Assembly (NCBI GenBank): GCA_039096225.1
Contig: JBBPEB010000032.1
Coordinates: 186,001 to 250,000, forward strand
Direction of reading: 5' to 3'
From: Blastocystis sp. Blastoise
Lineage: Eukaryota > Protista > Bigyra: Opalinata
DNA: 64,000 nt
The notes under the pieces: model-generated
What the model saw: only the letters and a program-made list of their open reading frames with translations
What the model was told of the DNA's origin: nothing
Database searches by the model: none
Shown here: positions 60,871 through 64,000 of the stretch, piece after piece
Numbering within the stretch: position 1 is the stretch's first letter
Layout: every line of letters starts with the position of its first letter
Made by a program: the position numbers and the translations under genes

Positions 60871-61962
60871 TTTCTATTATAATATTCAATTATTTAAATA
60901 AAAGAGAAATTATTTATGGCAACGTCTAATCTTTTTTTCTATTAATCGAAAAGAAAAATAGCCGAATCCTAAAGTATTATATGATTCGATTCGTCCCTAA
61001 ATAATCTTCAAGTATAACAATTTCCCCTAGGGAAACAAAACCGTAATTAAGATGAATATTTTTGAATCGGACCTATATTCGTCATGACGTTAAGAAGTCT
61101 TGACTGAAAGAACAAATAGGGTGTTATGTGACTCCTGGAGCGTCAACATGAAGATGATATCCTCGTCATTATTTAAAAAACCTTTAGTCTTGTGGTAAAA
61201 CTGGAAGAGTTTACAAATAACCAAACATTTCTTTATTCTTTTGTATTTTCTATTACATTAAATATTCGATGATGTGTTCTGTAATAAGAATCGGGTTCTA
61301 GGGGGTTGTTGTTGAATTCTCTAAGAATAAATTAGGGAACATACCACCATTTCATTACTTTTTATATCTCCAGTAGAACTTGTATTATATTTATTCTAAT
61401 ATTACATTAATATGCTCTTTAAAATTTGATGTAATGGATGCTTCTAAATTCTTTATTCTAATCATGATTAATAATAAACAAGAATAACTCCATAATTGCC
61501 GTAATATATAAATTATGAATCATTTAGTGGGTTGTAAAATCATAGTTGCATATGAAAACAAAAGTGAATTCACATCGTTTGGAGTTATTATCAAAAGAGA
61601 ACTTTGACAAAACTATTGTTTCCTTTCATTTAAAACCATTTTTCATGGATAAGAAAATACTTCCTTTTTTTTATCATACAAATAAAAACTTATCATTGAT
61701 TTATGAATACTACATACTGATACGATGTCTTAACGTGCCATGTGCTCAAACATATAAATAATAAATATCTATATAAATACAAAACAATATTTTAATATAT
61801 TAAAAATCCTATTTTAAAGATCTACTTAAAACTTATAAAGTTAAAAACCTATAAATTTTTTCTATCCTTTGTTTACTTTTTTCTTTAATAAATATATTCT
61901 TTATTGAAAATATCCAGATTTATCTTATATATATTTAGTGTGTGTATTTCTTACAAGTGAAT

Positions 61963-62430
61963 ATGAGTCAATTACAATTAAAAGAAGAAATACAATTTCA
62001 TCATTATCAAGAAACAGATCTTGAAGGTGCTGCTAAAGCATTTCAAAAAGCATTTTCAGCAGCTCCTTGGAGTGAAGAATGGCCTGATTTGAAATATGTT
62101 GAACGATACCTACATCAGTATGTTGAAGAACCTAGATTTCTCGGATACATTGGTATCTATAAAGGTCAAGTTATATGTGGATGCTTTGCTACTATTCATT
62201 TATGGCCTACTGGAGATGAATGTATTATTCAAGAGCTTTTTGTAGATCCTTCGTTTCATAGTCAAGGTTTTGGATCTAAATTTATCACTTACATTAAAGA
62301 AGAGGTTAAGAAAACTGGAATTAATTGTATTAATTTATTAACAAAGCGTGGTTTCCCTGCTGAATTCTTCTATCAAAAGAATGGCTTTTCTGATTTCGAT
62401 CCTTGGATTTATGTTCGTTCTGAATTCTAA
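61963..62430 (+). CDS. GNAT N-acetyltransferase (bacterial-like, intronless), copy 1
   Basis: AFSAAPWSEEW...FLGY...IQELFVDPSFHSQGFGS...LLTKRGFPAEFFYQKNGF; 155 aa. Confidence 0.9.
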   Translation: MSQLQLKEEIQFHHYQETDLEGAAKAFQKAFSAAPWSEEWPDLKYVERYLHQYVEEPRFLGYIGIYKGQVICGCFATIHLWPTGDECIIQELFVDPSFHSQGFGSKFITYIKEEVKKTGINCINLLTKRGFPAEFFYQKNGFSDFDPWIYVRSEF

Positions 62431-63184
62431 GTTCGTAAACTATTGATTATAATGTTATATTTATGTAACTCTTCTCAATTAGTTTTGTTTCAGTATTTAA
62501 AATGAAAAGTTATTTTATTTTCATATTCAATACCTGCGAAAAGAATCAATTAGTCTATCTAATGAAAACAAATCTAATCTAACATACGTAATCATTCGTA
62601 TGCTTATAATGTGATCAAGTCTCTTGAAATATATCTCTTCAGGTATATATTGTTTTAGGTAGAACGTCATTAGTATGACAGTATATTATTTTGTATATAT
62701 AGATCCTCAAATATTAAAACACAATATCTTTGGAAGAAAAGACGTTTTTAGTAAATAAAACACTAGTTTCGGTTTTTTCCTTGATAAATAAAAAGGTTTC
62801 TCTGTAGAACTGGGTGCTTTTTTTATAGGAATTTTTCAAGTCGCCTCAAATTCGTCTTCTTTATCCAATCAAAGAATAATAAAGTATATCATCTACTAAA
62901 GCAGTTGATATTTATTCGTTGTATTTGAAGAAATGAAAATGACGCAGGTTGACATGACTATCAAAGCGGAAATATCGATGCGACTCTACTAGTGTCTTCT
63001 ATTGAATATCCATTCAATATATACAGTCAAATTTCTTCAATAATGACGCAGTTTCTCCATTGAACAGAAAGAGGAGTCAACTAAAAACATTAATAAAAAA
63101 GGATCTTTCATATATTTTATTTATACTGTTTTTCAGTTATTTCAATTATTTCTATTAAAAAAATTATTTCTAAATTAAAGAATC

Positions 63185-63652
63185 ATGTTCGGTCTTATTA
63201 ATTATGAAGAAGTCCATTATAGAGAAATGAAAATGAGTGATGTTCAATATGCTTGTGATCCATATGTTGAAGCATTTGATCAGGAACCATGGTGCGAAGG
63301 ATGGGAAGGTACAAAAGGTCCTCAAGCTTTTATGAGCTCTCTTATGTTTATTCCTCGCTTTCTTGGATATGTATGTACATACGAAGATAGACCTATTGGA
63401 TGGTGTTTCGGTTGGATATTCGAATTGGGAAAGACAAGTGTATATCATGTTGAACTATTCTTCCTTGCTCCTGAAACAAGAGGAGGTGGTATTGGTTCTA
63501 AATTCATGAATTATATTAAAAGAATGTCGAAGAAAGATGGAGCTGATGAAATATCATTATGGACGCGACGATCTTGTCCATGCTTCCGTTTTTATCTACG
63601 TAATGAATTTACTGCTTCCGAAGATTGGGTCGAATGCTCTTGTAAATTGTAA
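63185..63652 (+). CDS. GNAT N-acetyltransferase (bacterial-like, intronless), copy 2
   Basis: AFDQEPWCEGW...PRFLGY...FFLAPETRGGGIGSKFMNYIK...LWTRR...FYLRNEF; 155 aa; paralog of copy 1. Confidence 0.9.
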   Translation: MFGLINYEEVHYREMKMSDVQYACDPYVEAFDQEPWCEGWEGTKGPQAFMSSLMFIPRFLGYVCTYEDRPIGWCFGWIFELGKTSVYHVELFFLAPETRGGGIGSKFMNYIKRMSKKDGADEISLWTRRSCPCFRFYLRNEFTASEDWVECSCKL

Positions 63653-64000
63653 TTTTAGCAATATTTGTATTTTATTATTGATTCCTATATTATAATATCC
63701 TCACCTATTTTCTCTTTTGTTTGCTTATTTCTTTGATTAAAGCTCATTTAAAATTTATTTTGCTTTTTTCTTATTATTATTTTGTTTCAATATTAAAGAT
63801 TTATATTACTGGTATTCAAACTTAGTAATAAATATCTTGATGCTTGCTTTTCTCTGTAATTGTTTATTCCGCCTTATAAATTGTTATTCATTATAATTTG
63901 CTGTCATTAAATCTAGTTTTTTGTTTTATTTTTAAAGATATGGGCATCTCAGACATAGAAATAATTTGTATATGTCCATTTTTGGATGTAGATAATATTA

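Noticed and set aside
60903-61020. GAAAAG...GCCGAA resembling part of a lysine riboswitch
   Set aside because: Wrong strand relative to AAT, and the other conserved elements and stems are missing. No TPP riboswitch core was seen either.
62790-62850. AAAAAGG...AATTTTTC resembling U11 snRNA
   Set aside because: Spacing, stem-loops and Sm-site context do not fit.

Overview
Very AT-rich (roughly 20% GC by eye), intron-dense eukaryotic nuclear DNA. Gene content, short GTATAT...ATATAG introns, U12-type AT-AC introns, TGTTTGTT motifs in 3' regions and bacterial-like genes fit a Blastocystis-like anaerobic stramenopile; this is inferred, not proven. About 21 protein genes were reconstructed by splicing manually: GT49 glycosyltransferase, three kinases, OST3/6, MFS sugar porter, BET bromodomain protein, RER1, PTH2, 3R-Myb, BTB-LRR-like, PDH E2, BTB-TLDc, UTP15, a large Ig-domain surface protein, aspartate aminotransferase and two tandem GNATs, among others. 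The window also holds three tRNAs, a candidate intronic C/D snoRNA and a nest of three hAT (CGGBP1-like) transposon pieces. The most striking unexplained signal is a GC-rich 12-bp quasi-palindrome, THMCCRYGGKDA (cores CCGCGG/CCACGG/CCGTGG). It occurs at least 17 times, mostly inside coding exons in all three frames, and as degenerate copies about 125-225 bp upstream of many start codons. Most poly-I/L/Y ORFs in the supplied track are artefacts of intronic microsatellites. All counts and splice models were made by eye.
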